DNA of 63,908 nt, filler included, from Reticulomyxa filosa (lineage: Eukaryota > Protista > Foraminifera), in the NCBI GenBank assembly GCA_000512085.1. It is 21 parts of 21 records of this genome, joined end to end, with 100 filler letters (N's around TTAATTAATTAA, not from the genome) between each part and the next. Parts side by side here need not be neighbours in the genome. Positions count along the whole stretch, not along the records: positions 9,724 to 12,477 come from ASPP01018692.1; positions 12,578 to 14,363 come from ASPP01023841.1; positions 14,464 to 15,638 come from ASPP01004754.1; positions 15,739 to 19,847 come from ASPP01001920.1; positions 19,948 to 26,401 come from ASPP01028615.1; 16 more parts are not named here. One strand, given 5' to 3'. The position numbers and the translations under genes are program-made. The notes beneath the pieces were generated by a model. It ran no database searches and had not been told where the DNA came from. It worked only from the letters and a program-made list of their open reading frames with translations. Of this stretch, positions 12,420 to 24,411 are shown piece by piece. How positions within the stretch are numbered: position 1 is the stretch's first letter; each line of letters starts with the position of its first letter.

Positions 12420-12577
12420 CTAATTTTTTTTTTTTTTTTTTCTTTATTTTCCTGTCGCTTTCTCATTGCGACACAATNNNNNNNNNNNNNNNNNNNNNNN
12501 NNNNNNNNNNNNNNNNNNNNNTTAATTAATTAANNNNNNNNNNNNNNNNNNNNNNNNNNNNNNNNNNNNNNNNNNNN

Positions 12578-14323
12578 GAAGTGGATATCCCATATGTTTA
12601 TGAATATCATTGTGATATACTTTCTTCACATCAGTTAATATTGTTAATAATTTACCATTTAATTTTAATTTGGATTATTTTCATTATAATGAATTTTTCG
12701 TTTAATTTTTTTATAAAGTCTTTTTTCTTCTTGTTTTTTATTTGTGTGTTGACATGTGATTAAATCATTCAAATAGCCATTCTTTATCACTTCATGCAAT
12801 AATTTCTGCAATTCGTTATTTAATGTTACCTTGAAATGAAGGGTATCTTGAATGGTTTTCAATTTGTGAAAATCACGTTCATATAGGAATGGATTGAATG
12901 CAAATTTTTTATTTGATGGAACAATTATTTCTGGGACACGTTTTGGCAAATTTGCTCCTTCTATCCCAATTGTACGTTTATATGGTACCATAGAACGATA
13001 GTCTATTTTCCAATACACTTGAATCATTGGATAATGGAGAAGGTGTTTGTAAATATCATGTAACAATATATCATTATTATTCATATTTGATACAATTGGT
13101 GGCCCACATTTATCAAATTCGCATTTGAAATATATTAGTTTATCTTTTCCATGGATAAAACGCTCTATTTTTTGTAATTTATCTTTGAAATGTTGAATTC
13201 CTTGTTTTAAAGTCATTGAATAAGGATTCAATGGTTCTTTGTATGTTAGCATATATCCATCTTTCCAAATGATCTGGAAAGAATTGAAATCCTAGGATTG
13301 TATTAATGTAATAATTTTATTTTGAAAAGAAATAATTGAATACACGTGTATAGTTTGATTAACCGAGAAGCAATTTGATAGATAATACCTATCAAGATGA
13401 TCAAATGTGCGGAAGTGCCAAGTATGATTGAGAATGAAACAAGCCCATTTGGCGTGTGTTTTATTAATTTTATTGTAATATTGAATATAAACATTGAATT
13501 CCAATGATGATTTGTTTGGATTCCCGATTTGCAATAATTCTATTTTTAGCTTATCTTTTTCTTTATTTATCTAATAACATGACTGCTCGATGTTGATAAT
13601 CAAATACAATTTCTTAATCTTTCCATTTTCCATCCTTTAACATGCATATCGTTCTTGGAATATAATATTTTCTTTTGTATCTGTTATTTTTATCAACAAG
13701 ATAATATTAATTTTGAATCATTTGTTATTTTGTTATATAAACAAAATAAGCACATATTATATTAACAATACATAATTTGTTGATTAATCAATATTTGATA
13801 GCATTTCCACAACCATAAGAGTTTGATATCACTATTGGGATAATACCAATTATCATTTCGTTTTTCAAATCCAATTTTTTGTAAACGATTTTTCAAATTT
13901 GAAAAAATTTGATCAGCATTTCCACCTAATTTATGACATTTGGATTTTAAATTATTGTGCAAATTCTTATCACTTATTTGTTGATATTTTACATTTTGAG
14001 GATATTTCAAAATATTCCATAAGATGTGCAAACTCATTTCTGTCATTATTTTTGATTCACTATCTTCTTTCGATCTGTCATTTCAAATATTTACAAAAAT
14101 TTTTTCTCAACAGTAATGCATGTATATATTATAGAACATTTAACTCATTGATATTGCAATTGAAACAAATTTCTGTCAATTTCTCTCTTGTTTCATAATA
14201 AAAATGATTGAAATTTCTCCACGTTTGTAATATTATTGTTTTTTCAATCTTTGTGCCAAAATCCTTGAATAATTCCAGCAAAATAGATTGTTGCTCCGAA
14301 TTTGTGCTGTATTCGACATTCAA
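12578..14323 (-). CDS. CUE-like plus PUB-domain protein of an expanded family; multi-exon, 3' truncated
   Basis: LHILWNILKYPQNVKYQQI...LQKIGFEK (PUB); N-terminal LLELFKDFGTKIEKTIILQTW; colinear ORFs ending VYHNDIHKHMGYPL at the contig end. Confidence 0.65.
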
Positions 14324-14497
14324 GAATTATTAAAAACTATTAATGGCATTTTCTTGATTATGANNNNNNNNNNNNNNNNNNNNNNNNNNNNNNNNNNNNN
14401 NNNNNNNTTAATTAATTAANNNNNNNNNNNNNNNNNNNNNNNNNNNNNNNNNNNNNNNNNNNNAAACAAACAAACAAACAAACAAACAAACAAAAAA

Positions 14498-15570
14498 ATG
14501 AAAATAAAAAAGGAGAAAAAATGGAAAGAAGTGAACGAATTGATGACTGAATATTGTGAAGACACACATGCGAATGCAATGTTTTTATATGAACTGATAA
14601 GTGACTGGGCAAATGAGTACTTGCATAAACTGAGTTGCAGTAACAGTAACAACAGTAGCAATAACAATAATAATACCAATGAAATGAGTCAAAACGGACT
14701 TTGGATGGAGAATTATTTGGTATGTTGTAATGAAAAAGAGAGAACACGAAAAGTATTATTTCGTTGTTTGTCAAATGTTGTATGTAAAGCATCATTCCGT
14801 CATCCCGTGCAGAAGAATGCTTGGGCGATGACCATCATTGCCATTCTGTCAACAAAATTATTGAGTTTGTGTGTACATTGCATGAAATGGTTGACTTCCA
14901 CTATCGTCGATCAAAACAGTAATACACCATATCTTAGTTTTGTTGTTTTCATTCTCTACTGTATTAATAATAATAAATAAATACATAAATAAATACATAA
15001 ATACATAAATACATAAATACATAAATGATAGGTAAAGATGAATTTCGACACTTGGTAATGTTTTTGCGTATTGAGGTATTGGAAGAATGTGCAGAGCTTG
15101 TGGCATGGAATACAGACGTGTTTAAGCCAATCTTTTTTCAATTGTTTGAAGCGCTATGTGACGACTACCTGCCCTTTCGAGGTTGGCTGTTTTGCCGCAT
15201 TTGCAAAAACGGCAACGGGGGCTTGGACAAAGAGCTGCAAATCCAAATGGTCGCAAGGCTGCGTAAGACGACGACCAACACTGCCGTGCTGACCACAGCC
15301 TCAACTGCTGTCACAACCACAGTCCCGAGCACTATCATTGCCTCTACCAACACCAGCACCAATACCGTGGCAAATGATAACAACAATAGCAATAGCAATA
15401 GCAATAGCAATACTAATATCAGTAGCAATACCAATAACAGTAACAATACGAGTAATGACGCCAATGGCATTTGCCATATCAATATGGATGTTAACGTGGA
15501 AGCTTGTGCCTCCATGCTGCCGTCCTCCTCCTCTACTTCTGTCTCCTTAACAAACACCTGCACTGTTAAT
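14498..15570 (+). CDS. Internal exons of a large helical protein (weakly USP34/USP24-like) with N/S-rich inserts
   Basis: Two long ORFs separated by an (AAATACAT)n intron; LWMENYLVCC...TRKVLFRCLSNV. Confidence 0.4.
14978..15025 (+). repeat. Intronic (AAATACAT)n octamer repeat
   Basis: Direct inspection, about 5 copies. Confidence 0.85.
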
Positions 15571-15590
15571 GTGTTTTTATACAATATACA

Positions 15591-15629
<39 letters not shown>

Positions 15630-15814
15630 TATATTTATNNNNNNNNNNNNNNNNNNNNNNNNNNNNNNNNNNNNNNNNNNNNTTAATTAATTAANNNNNN
15701 NNNNNNNNNNNNNNNNNNNNNNNNNNNNNNNNNNNNNNCATGGAAAACACAATCATCTCTATAATGTGGCATTTTAGGTGTCAACTTTCTTTTTTATCTT
15801 ATTGTAATAAACAG

Positions 15815-15928
15815 TCAAAAGATGATATAAAATTTGTTATTCGAAATTGGGTTCGAACTTTGAAAATAAAATTAGGATGGATTGATGATCTTGATCAAAC
15901 TGTTTTCAAATACAGCAAAAAGATATAA
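15815..15928 (+). CDS. Terminal GWIDDF-motif exon of a truncated gene (probably Kelch-like)
   Basis: CAG|SKDDIKFVIRNWVRTLKIKLGWIDDLDQTVFKYSKKI*. Confidence 0.75.
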   Translation, partial: SKDDIKFVIRNWVRTLKIKLGWIDDLDQTVFKYSKKI

Positions 15929-16264
15929 ATTTTAAGACGTAAATTCCAGATAGTTAGAATATTGTTTTGCTTTTGGTTTTTTTTAATCTTCATTTATTTT
16001 GTAAGTCTTTTTAAAAATTTGTGTCTCATAATAATGAAATATACGAATTTTTTTAACGCGTTATGAAAACTACTTACAATGAAAGTGACATAAAATAATT
16101 GTTCTTTAAAGGAAAAACTCATTGTAGTACGTTGATTATTTTATTAAGGAAAGTAAAATAAGTCAAAATTGAAGTCAGATATTTGAAGCTATTTCGCTAA
16201 AATTTACACTCATCATTACTAGCAACGATATTTGGATACGCAAAAAAAAATATTTAAATTTGTT

Positions 16265-17457
16265 TCATTCAAAATTATCTCCATAACAATATTGTTTTAT
16301 CACAAGAAACGACACAATTGTATTTCCATCTGGTGAAATATCCATTCCAGTAACCCAATTAGAATGTTCTTCTAATTTCTGTATTACTTGTCCTGATTTT
16401 ACACTCCATAATATAAGTGTTTTATCTCTTGAAGATGACACAATTGTTTCACCGTCTAGTGCATATTTCACATCAATTACTCCTAAAGAATGTCCTTCCA
16501 ATTTTTTCACTTCTTTACCCGATTCAACATTCCATAATCGAATTGTTGTATCCCTTGAACAAGAAACGATATGACGACCATTTGGAGAGAATTTTGCTTT
16601 CAGTACAGCATCAAGGTGTCCTCGCAATTCATTAATCCTTTCACCAGACTTTACATCCCAAATTCCAATCGTTTTGTCAGTTGATGCAGAAATAACAGTT
16701 AGACCATCTGATGAAAATTGTACATAATGTATCAAATCGGAATGACCTTGCATTTTTTTAAGTTCCTTTCCGGAAGATACATCCCACAATCTTATTGTAT
16801 TATCCCATGAACCTGACACAATCATATCTCCAGCAGGTGAAAACTGCGCTCTTGATACTGCAAATAAGTGCCCTTCAAATTTTTTCAATTCAGCCCCTGA
16901 TGTTACATCCCATAATCGAATTGTATGATCATCTGAACATGACAAAATTGTATTACCATCTGCTGAAAAGTGAGCTGCATTTATGTTATTTGAATGTCCC
17001 TTCATTTTTTGAAGCTCTTTTCCAGATTCGACATCCCATATTCGAATTGTTTTATCAAATGAAGATGAAACAATTTTGGTACCATCTGGTGAAAAATTTA
17101 CACTTGCTACGATATCGGAATGCTCTTTAATCGCTTTTATTTGCTGAATATATTTGGCCTATACAATAGTTTTTTTGCATTTGTGAAACATATGTCAAGA
17201 TCAGCAAGAGATAAAAGACAAAATGTACCCAAAAAAATCTAAACATAGCGTGCAATAATTATGTTAAAATCATCAATCCATCCAAAATTGATATATAGTG
17301 ATCTAACCCAGCTCTCCAAAATTATGTGAATCACTTTTTTTGTCTATTATTCAATTGTAAATTACTAATACTTTTTTTTGTTACAAATGACACAATGTAA
17401 ACACACTAGGTTTGTTGTATTGCTTTGCTGGGCTTGGTCTTGCTTGTTCTCGTTCAT
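16265..17457 (-). CDS. WD40 protein (about 7 blades) with an N-terminal GWIDDF exon; exons ~17457-17407, 17343-17245, ~17158-16275
   Basis: Repeats GH...FSPDG..IVS.S.D.TIRLWD; adding one T near 16307 restores SCDKTILLWR*. Confidence 0.9.
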
Positions 17458-17995
17458 TCCTCCATAAAGTCTACCTTTTTCAAGGTAAGTATTCTCCTTA
17501 ATTCTCATTTGATGATAGATCGATAAATTTGCACATTGTTAGATTAAAATACAGAAAGTAAAATAGGGGGTCGCATTCATTTCCAGTTTTTTTAGGACCA
17601 ATTCTGAAAATTATCCCACAAATTAATGCATTTCGGAATACTGCTCTAAAGTCGATAAATGATAAAGACAAAAATTTTAAACAGGTAAATCTACTTAAAA
17701 GCATAGAAGTTAAAACATAAAGCAAAAAAACAAAAGGTCAATACTTTTTGTATGGAACAAAAACTTTAAGCTGTTTGAGCATATGCTGTGGCATTTTCAA
17801 AATTTGATGTTTTTTTTGTTACTGCATTTATTTATTATAAACTAGGGTAGTATAGCAAATAAAATCGACAAGTTATAAAAAGAATGAAAAACGTGAAGTA
17901 ATTGTTGCAGAAAAGAATAATGAAGTCTTGAAAGGATTGTGGCATTTGAAAATGAATGAAAATAAATATGCCAACGCATACATTCTTAGAAATTT

Positions 17996-18565
17996 TTAGC
18001 TTTTAAAGTGTAATTTACTCAATTTATTGACCTCACTTGCAAAACGATGTGACTCAATCGGAGAACCTTTAAGATAAAACGGATTCATCAAAAGCTGGAT
18101 GTGTCATTGTCAATATTAAAACAGACAAAACATATGATATGTTCTATTTCCAAAAAAAGGGGCATAAAAAAAAAAAGAACTTTAAGGTATATCGCATAGA
18201 CATCAATAAAAAATTGGCGGATGGCCATTTCATTTGTATTTTTATCATGCAGCAAAAGCATTTTCGTCACTGTGCACATATATTTTTGAATTATTTATTT
18301 GACTAGTTGCTTATTTAGATTATGTGTACATTTGTGTGGGTTTGTTGTTGAAACTGCCAGCAGTGATAAAACCCGAGACGAGGAAATCATTGAATTTGTC
18401 AACTTGTCCCAAGTACATATTGTTGGTTTTTGTTACTATTTTCTCTATTGAGTCCAACGCAGCATGGATGACAAACTGCGTCAAATCTTCTTTTTGAGCT
18501 TTGGACCCAAATTGGGCTTGAAAAATTGGTACATCATCGTCTGCTACAATGCACAAGTACAACAT
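17996..18565 (-). CDS. TRAPPC2: Trafficking protein particle complex subunit 2 (sedlin/Trs20), 3 exons
   Basis: QFVIHAALD, NMYLGQVDKFNDFLVSGFITAG, KMLLLHD, IRQFFIDVYAIYLK, LLMNPFY...PIESHRF. Confidence 0.92.
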
Positions 18566-19097
18566 TAAGCTGCTCTTTGCTATATTGAACTTTTCTCCCC
18601 CTCCCTTCCTCGTTTCAAAAGAGTCACAAAAAAAACATGAAAAATTATCCTTGAGGTTAAAGATTGTGCATTAACGCAAAAAGCTGAACACTTTTTTGGA
18701 CCATATTATATGTTACAGATATCTTTCAAGTTTGAAATGAAAAAGATCTTCTGTTTAAATTGCGAGAAGTAGAAATTGAAGTCTTTCATTTGATATAAAA
18801 ATAACGCACTAAATAAGAAGACAAAAGTTAAAAGTAATAATAAACTCGTTGAGATTGGCAAAGCTCTACAAACTGTTGCCAACACAACCTTACTATCTTT
18901 GCAAAACAAGCAAACAAACAACAATCAATCAAATGCAATCTCGTTCACAAAAAAAACCCAAAACAATGTTACAATTTTAAAAAAAACTAAAAATTAACAA
19001 ACGTTCTTTTACGGTTGAATATCAACACAAAAAAAAAGAACAAAAAAAAGCATAGACATAGACACATAGAACTATGCGAAAAGCAAAGAAAAGAAAG

Positions 19098-19772
19098 TTA
19101 GGAATATTGCGAGCCTCCATCACCATTGACTTGGAGCCACGACAAAAAGGTGTCATTGCGATTGAATCGTGAGTAATCATGTTCCACATAATGACGATGA
19201 TGCGAGGCCTGAGCGTGATAAGATTGAGGAGAGTCAACTTTGATGGTACGTAGAGTCTGTTGTTGTTCCTCGCTGTCAGTACCCGTGCCTGTGTCAGCGT
19301 CAACATCAACATCAGCCCCGCCATTGACATCGACATCAACATCGACATCGACATTGACATCGACATCAACATTTGCATTGGTATCTTTGCTGCGCTTTTC
19401 AAGACCAAAGGAAGACGAGACAAAGCGGTGGGCTTGCAAAGGCGACGCTCTCAGACAGACAATGGTACTCATCCAATCAGCGCGATCGTGGTGGGTGGAG
19501 CAGGCAAAGACAAAGACGCGCAACTTGGTTTCCAAAGAAAAGGCGTACTCAAACTTGGGATCCATTGTCATGGTGATCCGTTGAATCGAGCGTATCGGAA
19601 TCACGCCTCTGCGCTTGAACGTCGCATATGCGTTTTCAAAGTAATACAAGCAATTGTCATTCCGCAGCGTAAAATAGCGCCGATTCCAGTTGTTGTTCCA
19701 ACTCACTTTCTTGTACATGTACCCTCCCATCAATACGTCCACATCGCCAAAGTTGAAGCTTCCATCCTTCAT
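19098..19772 (-). CDS. PH-domain protein with a (DV)n repeat, probably 5' truncated
   Basis: GYMYKK...WNRRYFTL...LYYF...RGVIPI...FSLETKLRVFVFAC...DWMSTI. Confidence 0.88.
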   Translation of the reverse strand: MKDGSFNFGDVDVLMGGYMYKKVSWNNNWNRRYFTLRNDNCLYYFENAYATFKRRGVIPIRSIQRITMTMDPKFEYAFSLETKLRVFVFACSTHHDRADWMSTIVCLRASPLQAHRFVSSSFGLEKRSKDTNANVDVDVNVDVDVDVDVNGGADVDVDADTGTGTDSEEQQQTLRTIKVDSPQSYHAQASHHRHYVEHDYSRFNRNDTFLSWLQVNGDGGSQYS

Positions 19773-19947
19773 TTTTGTAATAATAATAACAATATATATG
19801 TACATATATATATATATATATATATATACGTAGTAAATATATTTATTNNNNNNNNNNNNNNNNNNNNNNNNNNNNNNNNNNNNNNNNNNNNTTAATTAAT
19901 TAANNNNNNNNNNNNNNNNNNNNNNNNNNNNNNNNNNNNNNNNNNNN

Positions 19948-20535
19948 CGCTGCAATGAAAGAGAATGCAATTGTAATGACCGAAGAAACTAGTAAAGAAA
20001 AGGAATCTTTAATTAAATGTACAACTACTTCTGGACAAGTGGGGTTGTTTACTAAATCAGTTGGAAGAAGGACAGATTTTGTGTGTCGTGATGAAATTGT
20101 TGCTGCAAATGGTGGAATTCATGTGATTCAAACATTCCTTTCTGAAGAATTATCTGAAGAAATGCAAATTAGAGGACGAACTGCAAGACAAGGTACTTCT
20201 GGTTCATATAGTTTGGTGTTATGTGATAAATCACTTGAGAGATTTTTAATCACCAAAGCGGAAATTGATGATGCTCGAAAAGCAGGGAACTTTTATCCAT
20301 TACTCCATGCAAAGAGAACTGAATTTTTTAGGTTACAATTCGCAGAAAGTAAGAAATATGTGGAATATGCTGCAAGTGAACATAAATTGGGTGAGGAATT
20401 GATTGCAGCCTTAAAAGTAAATAATGTGAACACAGTGAAGAAAGTGTTATATGATCGAAACAAAGGGGAAGAAGAGAAAAACTTGCAAAAATAATTGTGC
20501 TTATGGATGGAACTGCGTCGACAGATCATACTTGA
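19948..20535 (+). pseudogene. SecA-like SF2 helicase C-terminal domain followed by a broken vWA start
   Basis: GGIHVIQTFLSEELSEEMQIRGRTARQGTSGS (SecA motif VI); after a homopolymer shift KIIVLMDGTAS (MIDAS-like), then a stop. Confidence 0.7.
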
Positions 20536-21474
20536 ATCAACGAACATTCCAGCTTATGCTTTTTGTTGATGAACGGGCAAAAAAAAATAGACATAACTAC
20601 GGCCATAAGAGGAGGGATTCAGATCAATTGATAAAATTTTTTCTGAGAAATTCTCAGAAATATTGAAGATCAAAAGAAATTCATAAGGCGAAGTTTTAAA
20701 ATGTTCGCTAAGATTCTCTCCCTCAACTCGATCGACCAAATCCCTTTTTTGTGTATCAATAATTTTTCTTATTAAAAATTAATTCTTCATCGATAGTCTC
20801 TAGGATTACCACATTCTCTTTTTTTTAATTTTAGGTAATGATACCTGTTGATTTTGAATAAGATAATCCTTTTTGAATACTAGATGATCATCGTGCACTC
20901 ATGTAATATTTTCCATATGTAACAACCAATTGAGTTCAGTATGTTGGTAGAAGTATATTCATTCGCATTTTTTCAACGTACAAAAGTAAAAAAATTGTCA
21001 AAGTTTATAAATAATTTAGTCAAGCTTTTTAGAAATTGTGCTCGTTTGATTTTTATATTTTTTTGTTTATTCTCTAAAATGGTCACAATCATCAAGATGA
21101 TATTATTTTTAAGCAACATTTATCGCGTTTATCATTGGTGGCGCTTGAGCAAAGATGGGTTATGCAAGAAAATAAGTTTTTAATTACAAGCTGAAAAATT
21201 AACATAACTATTACTTTACAGTCATTTATTTTTGTTTTTTAACTATCAATAATTTTTTTTAATGCATTTTTTCAACAAATGCTGTCAGCGACATAAGTAC
21301 TATGGCTGAATTAATACTTCTTTCAAAAAAATAAATTTTCATTTTTTCATTTCACACTTTTTCGTTACACATTTCACTCATCAAATTTCAACGGTCACCA
21401 GCATCACCTGCGTCATCGCCAGCGTTGCCATCTCGTTGTTCAATCAACACACTGATGTAATCTTTTTCTAAGAA

Positions 21475-21561
21475 CACAATACTGACATTTTTGAAATCCA
21501 AAGCGGCGTCAATTTCATCCATAAAATACAATGGAGTTAGTATTGTCTTGAACTTATATTG
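21475..21561 (-). pseudogene. SMC4: Isolated SMC4 Walker-B/D-loop fragment
   Basis: Manual translation TPLYFMDEIDAALDFKNVSIV; flanks do not look like SMC. Confidence 0.8.
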
Positions 21562-22727
21562 GCTAAATAAAATAAAATTACTTCATAATACAGTAGGTTG
21601 CAGAATGGTGATTTCATCCACAAAAAAAAAAAGTTATTAAAAAACCAATTTCATATTTAAAAACTACAAGATTTGTAGATATTTTTTTTAAAATAAAAAA
21701 AAATTAGGTCTAAATGTTGATTTTTCATTGAGAAAATCTATCGTCATATGATATCGTTTTATGCGTTCAGTTTTCTTTGCAGCCTACTGTAAATTTAAAG
21801 TAAAAAATATATTTTATGTAATATTTCAAAATAACAATAATTGAATATGAAAAACAATTTCAACACGCATAAAATTTTTAAATATTGCGTTGTAATAATA
21901 AAAAGCATATGTAAATATTTTTCTTTCTAAATAATTGCAAATAATTTAAAAAATGAAAATGAAAAAAAAATTAATTTATTAGTTTGCATAAAATTTATTA
22001 ATATTTCATATTTAAAATAAAAAAACAAATTCTATTAATATTCACCAAAGATAACAATAATACGCAAAATAAGTTGAAATAATGTATAAATGAAAAAAAA
22101 AGTTAGTATCCAATCTCAATTGAACGCCAACATATATTCAATGTATGCAACCACATAATGTACTTACAATGGAATGATATGTGTAAAGTATATATGATAC
22201 TTATAAATCTCGTAATGAAAAAGACATATCATTGTCAATCAATAAAAAAAAACAAAATTCGTCATTTAAAATAACATATAAAAAATTAAGTTTAACTAAA
22301 TTGTGAAAAACAGAAAATAAAAAAATATTTGACAGTACAATGTGTCGACTAACAAATTTTTTTGTTTTTGTCAAGTGAGTTAATTCAAACTTAATTTTTG
22401 TTTCATGCAAAAATAAGGTTTCGAAGTCAAAAACTTAGGTTTAAAACTAAACTGTTTGACAAAAAACAGACAAACATTTTTCTGCAGAAAAATCAATATA
22501 AAATTATGTAAAACAGTTCTCATTAGAGCTTGCTTTCATACGAAAATATTTGATATATTTGTTTGCAGATACGTTATATGTTCATTTGTAATAAAGTTAA
22601 GCAGTTTCGATATCAACACAAAAATCCAGACAGTCCAAAAAATAAATGTCGGAAATACTAGTGAGACCAGTTTGTTTTGGCCAGATACTAACAAAAATTC
22701 TTGTCAGCATACTCAATTCTGAAAGCA

Positions 22728-22868
22728 CATAATAAAAAAAAATTGTATTGGCAGAATTGAAAAAATAAAACAAAAAATTATTAAACTACGAAACCGAAGG
22801 TTTCGCAGTTCATCTATTTCTTTGTTTTCATTTTTTTCAATTCTGCCAATCCAATTTTTTTTTTAATG
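22728..22868. repeat. About 140-bp imperfect palindrome (foldback/MITE-like) with a C-GAA-G apex
   Basis: attggcagaattgaaaaaa...aactacgaaacc-GAA-ggtttcgcagtt...ttttttcaattctgccaat. Confidence 0.85.
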
Positions 22869-23789
22869 TTACGAGTGCACTTATTTGCTGATATTTGCGT
22901 TTTTTTTATTTTGTGCTTGTTTTAAACAAAAGTGATGTTGCTCTAAGATGATCAATTTTATTTATTTTTGAGCATTTGAATTTTATGACATAAGAATTTT
23001 TAATAATGTTAGTTTTTTTTACAAATGTAAGGTCTCACTCATAGTAAAGAAATGATTTATATTTTTTCAAGACTGAGGTAAGTGGTTGAATACTTTTGTG
23101 CCGCATTTAACTTGGCACTACCTAGCGTAAGATATACTTGCAATGTGATATTCCTCATTTTTAAAAGTAGAAAACGTGTATTTGTTGTTTTGCAGTCTGA
23201 TTCTCCATTATGTTAACTATATACCCGCGTTCGTACCGGACGTGAAAGATGGTGCAATCTGCGAACATAGTCTTCATCTTTGGTTCGATCGCACTTACAT
23301 TGAGTTTGGAGTTAGTTGTTGGTTGATTTGTTCTACCATTTCATCGTCAATCTGCTCAATTGTATGTCCTCTTAATATTTGACTCAATTGTTCAAATGAA
23401 AGGTAGACTAATTTGTAAATATATGTTCTTTGGTATCCAGAGAGCTGTTGGACCATGCACTTCTTGTTTTCTTCTGTTGACTTGGTTTCCATCTTTCATT
23501 GTGACATCATTATTGGTGTCAGTGTCAGTATCAGTGCTAAAAAAAAAAATCACACATAATTGAAAAAATTGAAGCCAAAGTCGTAAAATAATACTAATAA
23601 TTGTGTGTTAACTCTAGCTTTGGCATTTTCCTCTTTTGCAAGGACCTGTTTTGCTAGTCCTCTTCTAACGATTTGAAATGCTCTTTTGTCTCTGTAATTG
23701 CAATATCTTTGACAACAATGAGCAAAGGGACTATATTGTCAATCGATCATCATCTGCTGCCATTCTCTTTCATTTCATTTCAAGTCAAT

Positions 23790-24411
23790 TCACTTTTTTT
23801 GAGCGAGCGCGCGTGCGCAGAACCACAGTTTGGACCAGCCCAAGTGCTTGAGTTGTTCGGGCTGCATGTCAAAGGGATTGACCTCGAGCGAGGTCTTCTT
23901 TGTGTCCACTTGGAATAGTCTGTCGAACACTTGATAAAACGACCCCCTCTTGATTCGGATTTTCGTCACCCATTTGTTGAGTTCGTCGAAGCTGCCAACA
24001 CAACAGGCTATTAATTGCTTTTCTTTTTTTTAAAAAAAAAGGATTTGAACTGATTGATTAAATGAAATAATAACATACATACATATACATATACCTGTTT
24101 CGCTCAGTTGACTACGGTCCATGATAAACTTTTGCAGAGATGACGACGTTGGATTTATCGTCAAGATTATTGGATTTGACATTGGCGACGTGTGGTCGGG
24201 ACCCATCGGTCAAGGTTTTCTTGCGCTTTGTCTGCACCCGAAACAGATAGAACACGAAGCCTTCCAAATGGTCGCTGTTCTTTTCGTTCTTCACGGTTAG
24301 ACCACAGAAGAACACGTCCACGACTTTTGTTTTTGAGAATGCTATGTCACGAGAACAGTCCGAATTCATTTGTTTTAATCTCTGAAAATGGCAGTTGATG
24401 ATATCCATCAT
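23790..24411 (-). pseudogene. Degenerate spliced coding sequence of unknown family
   Basis: Coding-like GC content, GT-AG intron near 24095-24008, plausible peptides spread over shifting frames. Confidence 0.4.

Noticed and set aside
15165-15584. Hydrophobic poly-Leu/Val ORFs (also 14416, 39478, 40460, 45203, 63634) as membrane or signal-peptide proteins
   Set aside because: They are antisense shadows of Asn/Thr/Ser-rich codon repeats or AAT microsatellites
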